13,389 nucleotides of DNA from an uncultured bacterium (GCA_964549305.1 CAZJVM010000065.1:1-13389); one strand, 5' to 3'. Shown: positions 1 to 7,664, counted from the first letter of the stretch. Numbers and translations: made by a program. Notes: generated by a model not told the origin, from the sequence alone.

Positions 1-21
1 AAAATACAAACGTTTTTTTAT

Positions 22-50
22 TTGACAAATTGATACTCATACTATAAAAA
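22..50 (+). promoter_or_regulatory. Putative sigma70-type promoter upstream of rplS
   Basis: Exact TTGACA at 22-27, followed by TATAAA (43-48, 15-bp spacer) or TAAAAA (45-50, 17-bp spacer). GGAG Shine-Dalgarno at 64-67 before ATG 76. The -10 is imperfect. Confidence 0.45.
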
Positions 51-75
51 ACAGCAATTTTACGGAGAAATCAAA

Positions 76-420
76 ATGGCTAACGCGACTGACAGTTACA
101 CAAAAGAAAAATATTCCAAAGAGATTCCTGAATTTTCTGCAGGCGACACGTTAAGAGTTTCCTTTAAAATCAAGGAAGAAGAGAAGGAAAGAGTACAGAC
201 ATTCGAAGGCGTTCTTATCGCGGCAAAAAACAGGGGGCATAAGTCCACAATTACGGTCAGAAAAATTTCCAACGGAATAGGAGTCGAAAGAATTTTTCCT
301 CTTTACTCTCCTTTGCTTGAGAATATAAAAGTGGTAAAGCGAGGCATCGTTAGAAGGTCAAAGCTTTATTATCTTAGAGAAAGAAAAGGCAAAGCGGCAA
401 GAATCAAAGAGAAAAGGTAG
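76..420 (+). CDS. rplS: 50S ribosomal protein L19
   Basis: 114-aa basic protein with L19 signatures ([64 protein letters not shown]). SD GGAG upstream. Directly precedes rnhB, a common gene order. Confidence 0.98.
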   Translation: MANATDSYTKEKYSKEIPEFSAGDTLRVSFKIKEEEKERVQTFEGVLIAAKNRGHKSTITVRKISNGIGVERIFPLYSPLLENIKVVKRGIVRRSKLYYLRERKGKAARIKEKR

Positions 421-438
421 TTTTTCTCTTCTTCCCTT

Positions 439-1047
439 ATGGACCAATTTGAAAAAGAAGCATATTCAAAGGGTTTCACAAACATCGCGGGAATTGACGA
501 AGCAGGAAGAGGACCCCTTGCAGGTCCGGTATTTGCTTCCGCTGTTATAATGAATCCCAAAAAAATCCCTGCCGGGATTAATGATTCAAAAAAACTCTCG
601 CCATCGAAAAGAGATTATTTTTTTAATAAGATAATCGAGAGTGCCCTTTCTTATTCCATATCGAATGTGTCCGAAGGCATCATCGACGAAATCAATATCA
701 GAGAAGCGTCAAAATTCGCCATGGAAAAATCCGCCGAAAAACTTTCACCGCAACCTGACATTTTGCTAATAGACGGAAATATGGAGATTAATTATTCCGT
801 CTGCCAAAAAACGATAAAGAAGGGGGACAGCAGAAGTTATTCGATTGCCGCGGCATCTATTCTCGCAAAGGTTTCAAGAGACAGACTGATGATGGAGTAT
901 CACGAAATCTATCCGCAATACGGTTTTAACAGGCACAAGGGATATCCCACGAAAGAGCACATAGAAAATATCAGAAAGTTCGGTCCCTGCCCCATACACA
1001 GAAAAACTTTCAGATATGTAAAGGATTTTATTCCGGCTTCGAAATAG
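439..1047 (+). CDS. rnhB: Ribonuclease HII
   Basis: RNase HII motifs AGIDEAGRGPLAGPV, INDSKKLS, LLIDGN, KGD..SYSIAAASILAKVSRD, YGFNRHKGYPT and GPCPIHRKTF. Confidence 0.97.
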   Translation: MDQFEKEAYSKGFTNIAGIDEAGRGPLAGPVFASAVIMNPKKIPAGINDSKKLSPSKRDYFFNKIIESALSYSISNVSEGIIDEINIREASKFAMEKSAEKLSPQPDILLIDGNMEINYSVCQKTIKKGDSRSYSIAAASILAKVSRDRLMMEYHEIYPQYGFNRHKGYPTKEHIENIRKFGPCPIHRKTFRYVKDFIPASK

Positions 1048-2389
1048 AATATTTTTCCATTCTATACATTAGCGTTGGTCTCGATATTCGCAGAAATCTT
1101 GCAGTCGCCGCCTGATTCCAGTCATTTTTTTTAAGGGCGCTAAAGATTATTTCCTTTTCCACATCATCAAGGGCAATTCCGGACTCGGGAAAATCGACAT
1201 TGAATACCGAAGTGCTGTCGCTTCCTCCCCTTATCTCTTCGGGAAGGTCTTCGGGAAGAACTTCACCTGACGGTTTTATTACGGCAAGGCGCTCTATCAG
1301 ATTCTCGAGCTCACGCACATTTCCTTTCCAATCGTATTTTTTCAGCAGTGATATCGTTTCAGAGGAAAATTCAAGATACTGCGCCCCCTCTTTTATTTTC
1401 CTGAAATATTCTATAAGTAAGGGAATGTCCTCGCTTCTTTCGCGAAGAGGTGGAACTTTTACGGGAATAACGCTTAACCGGTAAAAAAGGTCTTCTCTGA
1501 AATCACCCTTCCCGACCAACTTCTTCAAATTTCTATTCGTCGCGGCAATTACCCTTACATCCACTTCGACGGGCACATCCCTTCCGAGCTTATCAACGGA
1601 TTTCTCCTGAAGGACCCTCAGAATCTTTGCCTGAAGTCCGGGCTTTAAATCGCCTATTTCATCGAGAAAAATTGTGCCGCAGTGCGCCGTTTCGAACTTT
1701 CCCTTTCGTGAGTCCGTCGCTCCCGTAAAGGCGCCCTTTGAATAGCCGAAAAGCTCGCTTTCCATTAATTCATCGGGGATTGCGGCGCAATTCACAACGA
1801 CAAAGGGATTATTTTTTCGCGGGCTTGCATAGTGTATGGCTTTGGCAAAGAGCTCTTTTCCCGTCCCGCTTTCGCCAAGTATGAGCGCTGTGGAATCGGA
1901 AAGCGCGACCCGTCCTAGCAAATCTGCCACATTTTGCATCAGAGGGCTTTTGAAAACAATGGAATCAAATCCGAACTTTGAATGAAGCTCGCTTTTAAGA
2001 CGGATATTTTCTCCTTTCAACTTCCTGTATTCCAAAGCTTTCTTTACGACAATGCTCAACTCATCTCTGTTGAAGGGTTTTGTGATATAGTCATATGCTC
2101 CGTTTTTAAGGGCATCCACCGCCTGCTCGATTGTTCCGAAAGCGGTTATCATTATAACGGGAATTTCGGAATCGATTTTTTTTATCCTTTTCAGCACTTC
2201 CATACCGTCAATATCGGGAAGCTTTAAATCGGTTATCACCAACTCAGTTTCGCCGGGAATGAATCCTTCCACTCCCGACAACCCGTCCGGCTTTGCGATT
2301 ACCTGAAAGCCTTTGAGAGCAAGGTTGTGCTCTATTACCTTTCTCAGGTTGTTGTCGTCATCTATTAACAGAATCTTTTCATTGCCCAT
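1028..2389 (-). CDS. Sigma54-dependent response regulator (NtrC/AtoC/ZraR family; REC-AAA+-Fis HTH)
   Basis: Receiver domain (ILLIDDD, VITDLKLP, TAFG, YITKPF), Walker A GESGTGKE, ESELFGYSKGAFTGA, Walker B FLDEIGD, FREDLFYRLSV, WKGNVRELEN and C-terminal HTH WNQAATARFLRISRPTLMYRMEKY. AGGA SD upstream. Confidence 0.95.
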   Translation of the reverse strand: MGNEKILLIDDDNNLRKVIEHNLALKGFQVIAKPDGLSGVEGFIPGETELVITDLKLPDIDGMEVLKRIKKIDSEIPVIMITAFGTIEQAVDALKNGAYDYITKPFNRDELSIVVKKALEYRKLKGENIRLKSELHSKFGFDSIVFKSPLMQNVADLLGRVALSDSTALILGESGTGKELFAKAIHYASPRKNNPFVVVNCAAIPDELMESELFGYSKGAFTGATDSRKGKFETAHCGTIFLDEIGDLKPGLQAKILRVLQEKSVDKLGRDVPVEVDVRVIAATNRNLKKLVGKGDFREDLFYRLSVIPVKVPPLRERSEDIPLLIEYFRKIKEGAQYLEFSSETISLLKKYDWKGNVRELENLIERLAVIKPSGEVLPEDLPEEIRGGSDSTSVFNVDFPESGIALDDVEKEIIFSALKKNDWNQAATARFLRISRPTLMYRMEKYSISKPE

Positions 2390-2413
2390 AACAATAACTT
2401 TCCTGCCTGTTTA

Positions 2414-3586
2414 TCATTTTACGGGAAGAAATATTACAAAAGTAGTACCTTTATCCTTTGCCGAATAAATATCAATTCCTCCTCCGTGATTTTCAATAAT
2501 TCTTTTGGTAATTGACAAACCCAGTCCGGTGCCGTTTTCCCGTGTCGTATAGAAGGGATCAAATATATTTTTTATATTTTCAGCGCTTATCCCTTTTCCG
2601 TTGTCGCTGAATATTATCGATACGCACTCGTCTCCGGGGATTTTGCCTGCTGAAAAAGACACATCGTAATCATCTTTCGATATTGCTTTCTTCCCTTTGT
2701 GTGTTTCAATTTTGAGATTTCCGTGGTCACCTAAAACCTGTACTGAATTTAAAAGGACATTGAGAAATGCCTGTTTAATCTGCCCTTCGTCACCGTCAAC
2801 ATATCCCGCGTCGGAGTCAAGGGAGGTAAGGAAATGAATTTCTTTTTTGCCCGTTCCCAATTCAACAAGAGATTTTATATCAGATACAGCATCATTGATA
2901 TTGAATTTTTCCATAACGGGTCTGGAGGCCTTCGAGAATGAAAGGAAATTATTTATTACACCGTTCAACCTGTTGACTTCCGAAATCATTATATCGAGAA
3001 ACTCATATTCTTTGCTGTCTGAGCCAATATTGTCTTTAAGAATCTCCACGCTTCCCAGTATCGCCCCCAATGGATTTCTTATTTCGTGAGCAAGACTTGC
3101 CGCAAGTTCTCCTGTCGTGGAAAGCCTGTCAGCCCTCATCAACTGCTGTTCCTTTTCAAAGATTTCCCTCGCCTGCTCGTGCAGCTTATCGTATGAAAGT
3201 TCAAGTTCCCTGCTTACCTCTTCCGCTTTTAATCTCTGCGACTTTTCATTGTCCGCCATTATTCCCGTAACGATACCTACTGCTACATACATTACGATTT
3301 CAAGATATTGTTCGACGCGCACCAATCCCGATTCTCTCCACTGCAGAAACAGATGAGGCGCGTATAAAAGCGCGGAAACCACCGAGACGACAACTCCTCC
3401 CCTGAATCCAAACCAGAATGAACCCAGTATGATGGGAATGTAATAAAGTCGCCTGAAAATACCGTGGAATTCTTCAAGCATAATCGGGGTAAAATAATGA
3501 AGAAGTGTGGAAACGATGAGAAAGCAATTGATGATCAATATATTTCTACTGCCAATGGATATGGATTTTTTTTCTTCGCTTTTCAT
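2414..3586 (-). CDS. Membrane sensor histidine kinase (about 4 N-terminal TM helices, DUF4118-like; HisKA + HATPase_c), probable cognate of the 1028-2389 regulator
   Basis: H-box LAHEIRNPL, N-box QAFLNVLLNS, G1 DNGKGI, F-box IFDPFYTT and G2 GTGLGLSI. Hydrophobic N-terminal ~110 aa with only short loops. Lies 24 bp upstream of the co-directional regulator. Confidence 0.93.
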   Translation of the reverse strand: MKSEEKKSISIGSRNILIINCFLIVSTLLHYFTPIMLEEFHGIFRRLYYIPIILGSFWFGFRGGVVVSVVSALLYAPHLFLQWRESGLVRVEQYLEIVMYVAVGIVTGIMADNEKSQRLKAEEVSRELELSYDKLHEQAREIFEKEQQLMRADRLSTTGELAASLAHEIRNPLGAILGSVEILKDNIGSDSKEYEFLDIMISEVNRLNGVINNFLSFSKASRPVMEKFNINDAVSDIKSLVELGTGKKEIHFLTSLDSDAGYVDGDEGQIKQAFLNVLLNSVQVLGDHGNLKIETHKGKKAISKDDYDVSFSAGKIPGDECVSIIFSDNGKGISAENIKNIFDPFYTTRENGTGLGLSITKRIIENHGGGIDIYSAKDKGTTFVIFLPVK

Positions 3587-3599
3587 AGATATATATATT

Positions 3600-3608
3600 A
3601 TTATAACA
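3600..3608 (-). promoter_or_regulatory. Extended -10 promoter element (TGnTATAAT) for the kinase-regulator operon
   Basis: Reverse complement of 3600-3608 reads TGTTATAAT, an exact extended -10 consensus, 13 nt before the kinase ATG (3586). The region is very AT-rich, so a chance match is possible. Confidence 0.5.
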
Positions 3609-3741
3609 ACTCATCAATTAACAAGAATCTATTATTTTTTATTATCTTTTATGTGTTTTATTAAGAACAGGCAAAAAAATGGCGAATTAGTTTTCTTTTT
3701 TTCATCCTTGAAAAATAAATATTAAAGGGAGGGTGGTTCTT

Positions 3742-6534
3742 ATGATTAATAATTTTAAAAAAAATCCGTTTTTACTCTTGTTCGTTTTCTTTCTCCTGCT
3801 TTGTGTTTCACAGGGATGCAAATCTCCTGAGGAAAAAGTCAAATCCTATATATCAAAGGCAAAAGCCCATCTTGAAGAACAGGATTACAACAGAGCAGTA
3901 ATCGAGCTAAAAAACGCCCTTCAGATAAATCCTTCATCGGGAGAAGCTCTTTATTATCTTGGGAAATCCTATATGGGTAGAAGAGAATTAGGCAAAGCGG
4001 AAGGACAGTTCAGGAAATCACTGGAATACGGCTTTGAAAACTCTGACCTCTATCTTCAAGTGGGAAACATATATCTTAGCCAAAACAAATCGGCGGAAGC
4101 CATTGAATCCTTTAAAAAAGCCCTTTCATCAGAACCGGACAATAAAGAAGCGTTAAATTCCATGGGAATTGCCCTTACATACGAGAAGAAATTCGATGAA
4201 GCGGATGCTCTTTTCGATAAAATAATCGGAATAGACCCTGAATACACTAAAGCATATATCAGCAAAGGTCATCTTTATCTAAAGGAAAGAAGGCTAACCG
4301 ACGCGGAATCTTCGTATAAAAAAGCTCTTGAGAATGACCAAAATAATTTTGAGGCGGTTTTAAGTCTCGCAAATTTTTACATCAAGAAAAAAGAATACGA
4401 ACTGGCAGAAAATATTTTCAAAAAAGCTATCGAATTAAATCCCGAACATTACGATTCACACTTTCTCCTTGGAATTCTATACCTCGACCAGAAAAAATAC
4501 GAAGAGGCAGAATACGAAGGGGAAGAAATAAATAAAATCAATTTTAAACTTGCCGGAGGAAACTATCTTAAAGGTGTGTCATTCCTCATGCGGGGCAACC
4601 TTGACGATGCTTATACAAATCTTCAGGAAGCAGTGAATAAAGCTCCGGGATTTGCAGAGGCAAGGTTTTATTTCGCTCTTGCCCATGAGGCGAAAGGGAA
4701 TAATCAGCAGGCAATCAGCGAGCTTAAAACCGTTCAAAAACTGAAACCCTCTTTCCCTCAGGTACACCTTTATCTCGGTACTCTCTATCTGAGACAGGGA
4801 TGGAATGACGAAGCGCTGGAAGAGTTCGAAAAAATCACGGCACTGGCGCCTGAAAATCCCCTTGCCTATGCCACATTGGGGCAGGCATATACTCTGACAA
4901 ATCAGTTTAATAAAGCAGAAGAGGAATTTGACAAGGCAATCGAAATCAATCCCGAGTTTGCTCCTTCTTATCTCAATATGGGAAAATTTTATTCCGGCAC
5001 CGGGAAAATCGAAAATGCAATCGATGAATTCGAAAAAGCCCTTAAAATAAGGCCTGATTTTTTAAATGCCAGATATAACCTGATAATTAACTACATCAAA
5101 AACAAGGATTATGACAAGGCAATAAAAGAATGCAATATCGGGCTTAAACAGGGAAAAGATAACCCCGTACTTATCAATCTAATGGGGTCGGCTTATTATT
5201 ACAAGAAAGACGAAGGGAAAGCACTCGAATATTTCAGAAAAGCCATAGAAATATCTCCAAAATTCGTTTCATCATACAACAATATTGCAACTATTTACAT
5301 CAGGAAAGGAAATCTGGCAAAAGCGGAAAACATTCTTAACGAAGCGCTTTTAAAATCTCCGTCAAACATTACTTTAATCAGACGGCTGGCCGCAATAAAC
5401 ATTGCTGGAAGAAATCCCAAAAAAGCCGTTGAAATTTTAAAGAACGGCGTTAGTTCCAATCCCGAAAACATTCAATTTATGGCTTATACGGGAAGAGTTT
5501 TTCTAAGAATGGGAATGGCGGAAGATGCAAAAGAAATCGCGGAAAAAATGATTGAAGTAAAAAACGATTCCGCGGCAGGACATGACATCCTCGGTTCATA
5601 TTACGTAACTAAAAAGGACTTTCAGAACGCGGAGAAAGAATACAATAATGTTATTTCAGTTAAACAGGACAGTCCTTTAGGATATTTCAGACTTGGCAAT
5701 CTCTACTTCCTTCAGAATCAAAATAAAAAAGCGTTGGAAAATTTCGACAAAGCAATAGAAAAAGCACCGCAGTCAAATGAAATAAAATTTCAAAAAATAA
5801 GAGTGCTTGCCAGATTGAAAAGATTTGACGACGCATTGAAAATAACAGAGAAAATGGCGGAAAAAGATCTGAAATCTCCCGTCCCTCTGAGAATTTCCGC
5901 GAGAATTTACAGTGAAAAGGGAGAACTTGATAAAGCGAAAGAATATCTTCTTAAAGCGCTGAAACTAGATCCAAAGTCCGCTGAAACTTTAACAAACCTT
6001 GCCGAAGTTTCCGCAAAAGCTGACAACAAGAAAGATGCGATAAAATATTACAGTGAAGTTTTGACTTTGAATCCCAAAAACCCTGCAGTGCTTTTTACTC
6101 TCGGGTCAATTTATCAGGGAGACAAGAACTATACAAAAGCCATTTCCTATTATGAAGATTCCTTGAAATATGCTCCCAATTCAGTGCCTTCGATGAACAA
6201 TCTTGCCTGGTTATACGCCGAAAGCGGCAAGGATTTAAAACGGGCCACTCAGCTTGCGACAAAAGCCGCGAAGATTGCTCCCAAAAGCGGAGCTGTGCTC
6301 GACACACTTGGATGGGTATATATGAAAAGAGGCATGGTAAAAGAAGCCAGGGGGCAGTTTGAAAAAGCCATATCACTTATGCCGGATAATCCCGAAATAC
6401 ACTTTCATTTGGGAAGAGCGCTGCAAAGATTGGGCAACAAGGAAGGCGCAAAAAACTCATTCAAAAAATCATTGGAGATTTCTAAGGATTTCGCAGGTTC
6501 CGATTACGCGAAAACTTTCTTGAAAAATAATTAA
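3742..6534 (+). CDS. prsT: Large TPR-repeat lipoprotein, PrsT-like (PEP-CTERM system TPR protein)
   Basis: About 25 tandem TPR-like 34-aa units (e.g. AVIELKNALQINP, AYATLGQAY...FDKAIEINP). Signal peptide with lipobox VSQG-C (Cys codon 3817-3819). C-terminal NNLAWLYAE...LDTLGWVY...EIHFHLG is typical of PrsT. Adjacent to prsK/prsR/exosortase. Start placed at ATG 3742 because GGGAGG (3727-3732) is well spaced from it; the ORF track's GTG 3733 abuts the SD. Confidence 0.85.
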   Translation: MINNFKKNPFLLLFVFFLLLCVSQGCKSPEEKVKSYISKAKAHLEEQDYNRAVIELKNALQINPSSGEALYYLGKSYMGRRELGKAEGQFRKSLEYGFENSDLYLQVGNIYLSQNKSAEAIESFKKALSSEPDNKEALNSMGIALTYEKKFDEADALFDKIIGIDPEYTKAYISKGHLYLKERRLTDAESSYKKALENDQNNFEAVLSLANFYIKKKEYELAENIFKKAIELNPEHYDSHFLLGILYLDQKKYEEAEYEGEEINKINFKLAGGNYLKGVSFLMRGNLDDAYTNLQEAVNKAPGFAEARFYFALAHEAKGNNQQAISELKTVQKLKPSFPQVHLYLGTLYLRQGWNDEALEEFEKITALAPENPLAYATLGQAYTLTNQFNKAEEEFDKAIEINPEFAPSYLNMGKFYSGTGKIENAIDEFEKALKIRPDFLNARYNLIINYIKNKDYDKAIKECNIGLKQGKDNPVLINLMGSAYYYKKDEGKALEYFRKAIEISPKFVSSYNNIATIYIRKGNLAKAENILNEALLKSPSNITLIRRLAAINIAGRNPKKAVEILKNGVSSNPENIQFMAYTGRVFLRMGMAEDAKEIAEKMIEVKNDSAAGHDILGSYYVTKKDFQNAEKEYNNVISVKQDSPLGYFRLGNLYFLQNQNKKALENFDKAIEKAPQSNEIKFQKIRVLARLKRFDDALKITEKMAEKDLKSPVPLRISARIYSEKGELDKAKEYLLKALKLDPKSAETLTNLAEVSAKADNKKDAIKYYSEVLTLNPKNPAVLFTLGSIYQGDKNYTKAISYYEDSLKYAPNSVPSMNNLAWLYAESGKDLKRATQLATKAAKIAPKSGAVLDTLGWVYMKRGMVKEARGQFEKAISLMPDNPEIHFHLGRALQRLGNKEGAKNSFKKSLEISKDFAGSDYAKTFLKNN

Positions 6535-7433
6535 TGGCTTCTTCTGCGCCTGACAAATAAGAAACCAAGAAGCGCGGTTCCTGTCAAAACAAGAGTAGAA
6601 GGTTCCGGTACCGGGTTTGAGCATTCACCGTTGTAAGTCGAAAAGGTATATTCCCCTACGCCGGCAGCGTAGAAGTTTTCATTATATGTCAAAAGGATGG
6701 AATCGTCTTCAGGAAGCAGTGAAATATTTGGAAATCCGTACAAATATTCGTTGCCTCTTATGTAAGGGTCTCCGTTAAAGTCTCCCGCATTCACACCGAT
6801 TGTAACTCCGTTTGAATTATTCGGGAAGAAAAGACTTCCAAATGAATAACCGCCCGTATGCGCGGGATCTTTCAAGCCGTCAAGGTTGAGATAACTGAAG
6901 ACCACATTATCGCAATTTTCAAAAAGAGTAACCTGAAAGGTGGAAGAACCGTAATAGGGAGACGGATTGGACATTTCATTGAAATGGGCTACATGGTTCC
7001 ACGTAACAACGAGTTTTCTTGATCCGGGACTTCCGAGTACGTTCGCCCAGACACCTGCATCGGGATCGGGGTCACCGTTTTCAAGAACATTGTTTGCAAT
7101 CAGGTAGTCCCAAAGAGGCGCAAGCATTTTAAAGGATCTGTTAGGAATGGGAACACCGGGAGATACTACATCCTGCGTTCTCGGCAGATTACCGTTTATT
7201 TCATAATGATTGCCGTCATTGAAGGAAATCGTTCCGTTTGAATTAACCCACACGTCAGAAAATGAATCACCGTAAAAATTTACATTGAAACCGGGGTCAT
7301 AATTTATAATTTCGCTTCCGCTATAAAGCGCATTCTGATAAATTAACTGACCTTTATTCTGTTCCCACAAAAGGGTGGCGTTTGCATAGGAGGAAATCAT
7401 CAGAATCAGTACTGCGAACAATATTTTTTTCAT
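6531..7433 (-). CDS. Secreted PEP-CTERM-sorted surface protein with a nidogen/NIDO-like domain
   Basis: Sec signal MKKILFAVLILMISSYANA. C-terminal VPEPSTLVLTGTALLGFLFVRRRRSH (PEP motif, TM helix, Arg cluster; 6534-6611). Body motifs FNVNFYG..VWVNSNGTISF, MLAPLWD, LVVTWNHV and TFQVTL resemble NIDO-like domains. AAAGGA SD upstream. Confidence 0.92.
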   Translation of the reverse strand: MKKILFAVLILMISSYANATLLWEQNKGQLIYQNALYSGSEIINYDPGFNVNFYGDSFSDVWVNSNGTISFNDGNHYEINGNLPRTQDVVSPGVPIPNRSFKMLAPLWDYLIANNVLENGDPDPDAGVWANVLGSPGSRKLVVTWNHVAHFNEMSNPSPYYGSSTFQVTLFENCDNVVFSYLNLDGLKDPAHTGGYSFGSLFFPNNSNGVTIGVNAGDFNGDPYIRGNEYLYGFPNISLLPEDDSILLTYNENFYAAGVGEYTFSTYNGECSNPVPEPSTLVLTGTALLGFLFVRRRRSH

Positions 7434-7472
7434 AAATATTTTTATCCTTTCTTTAGATGCTCATAAGACATA

Positions 7473-7489
7473 TGCAAAAAACGTGCCAA
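7473..7489 (-). promoter_or_regulatory. Sigma54 (RpoN) -24/-12 promoter of the PEP-CTERM gene
   Basis: Reverse complement reads TTGGCACG-TTTT-TTGCA, an exact match to TGGCACG-N4-TTGCW with GG-N10-GC spacing, about 40 bp upstream of ATG 7433. Confidence 0.92.
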
Positions 7490-7583
7490 TTCATTATTCC
7501 ACTAATAATAATTTATTATTTTAATGTATTTGATAATTATTTGTTTTTTTTTGGCATCCACTTCTTAAAGATTTGCTAATTTC

Positions 7584-7664
7584 TGTTCAAAATTTCGACA
7601 CATCATGTCTAAAAAATGTTAACATACTATTTTTTAAAGGAAAAATATGTCTAAAAAACCGACA
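7584..7664. promoter_or_regulatory. Putative upstream activator sequences for a sigma54 enhancer-binding protein (likely PrsR)
   Basis: TGTTCAAAATTTCGACA (7584-7600) and TGTCTAAAAAACCGACA (7648-7664) are both TGT-N11-ACA ending in CGACA. A third box, TGTCTAAAAAATGTTAACA (7606-7624), shares ATGTCTAAAAAA with the distal one. They lie about 95-175 bp upstream of the -24 element. Confidence 0.7.

Noticed and set aside
3652..3669. TGT-N10-ACA (NifA-like box) upstream of prsT
   Set aside because: Single copy in very AT-rich DNA that directly abuts the candidate -24 element, the wrong position for an enhancer; no nif context.
3742..6534. Repetitive character of the TPR gene as a possible DNA repeat or CRISPR-like array
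   Set aside because: The periodicity is at protein level (degenerate 34-aa TPRs); no identical nucleotide repeats with spacers were seen.
7522..7535. IHF-like site (minus strand TATCAA-N5-TTA) between promoter and enhancer boxes
   Set aside because: Position is appropriate, but spacing is one base off the WATCAA-N4-TTR consensus and such matches are common in AT-rich DNA; not called as a feature.
7551..7577. Second, plus-strand sigma54-like TTGGCAT
   Set aside because: No GC at the -12 position (GG-N10-TT), and no plus-strand gene downstream.
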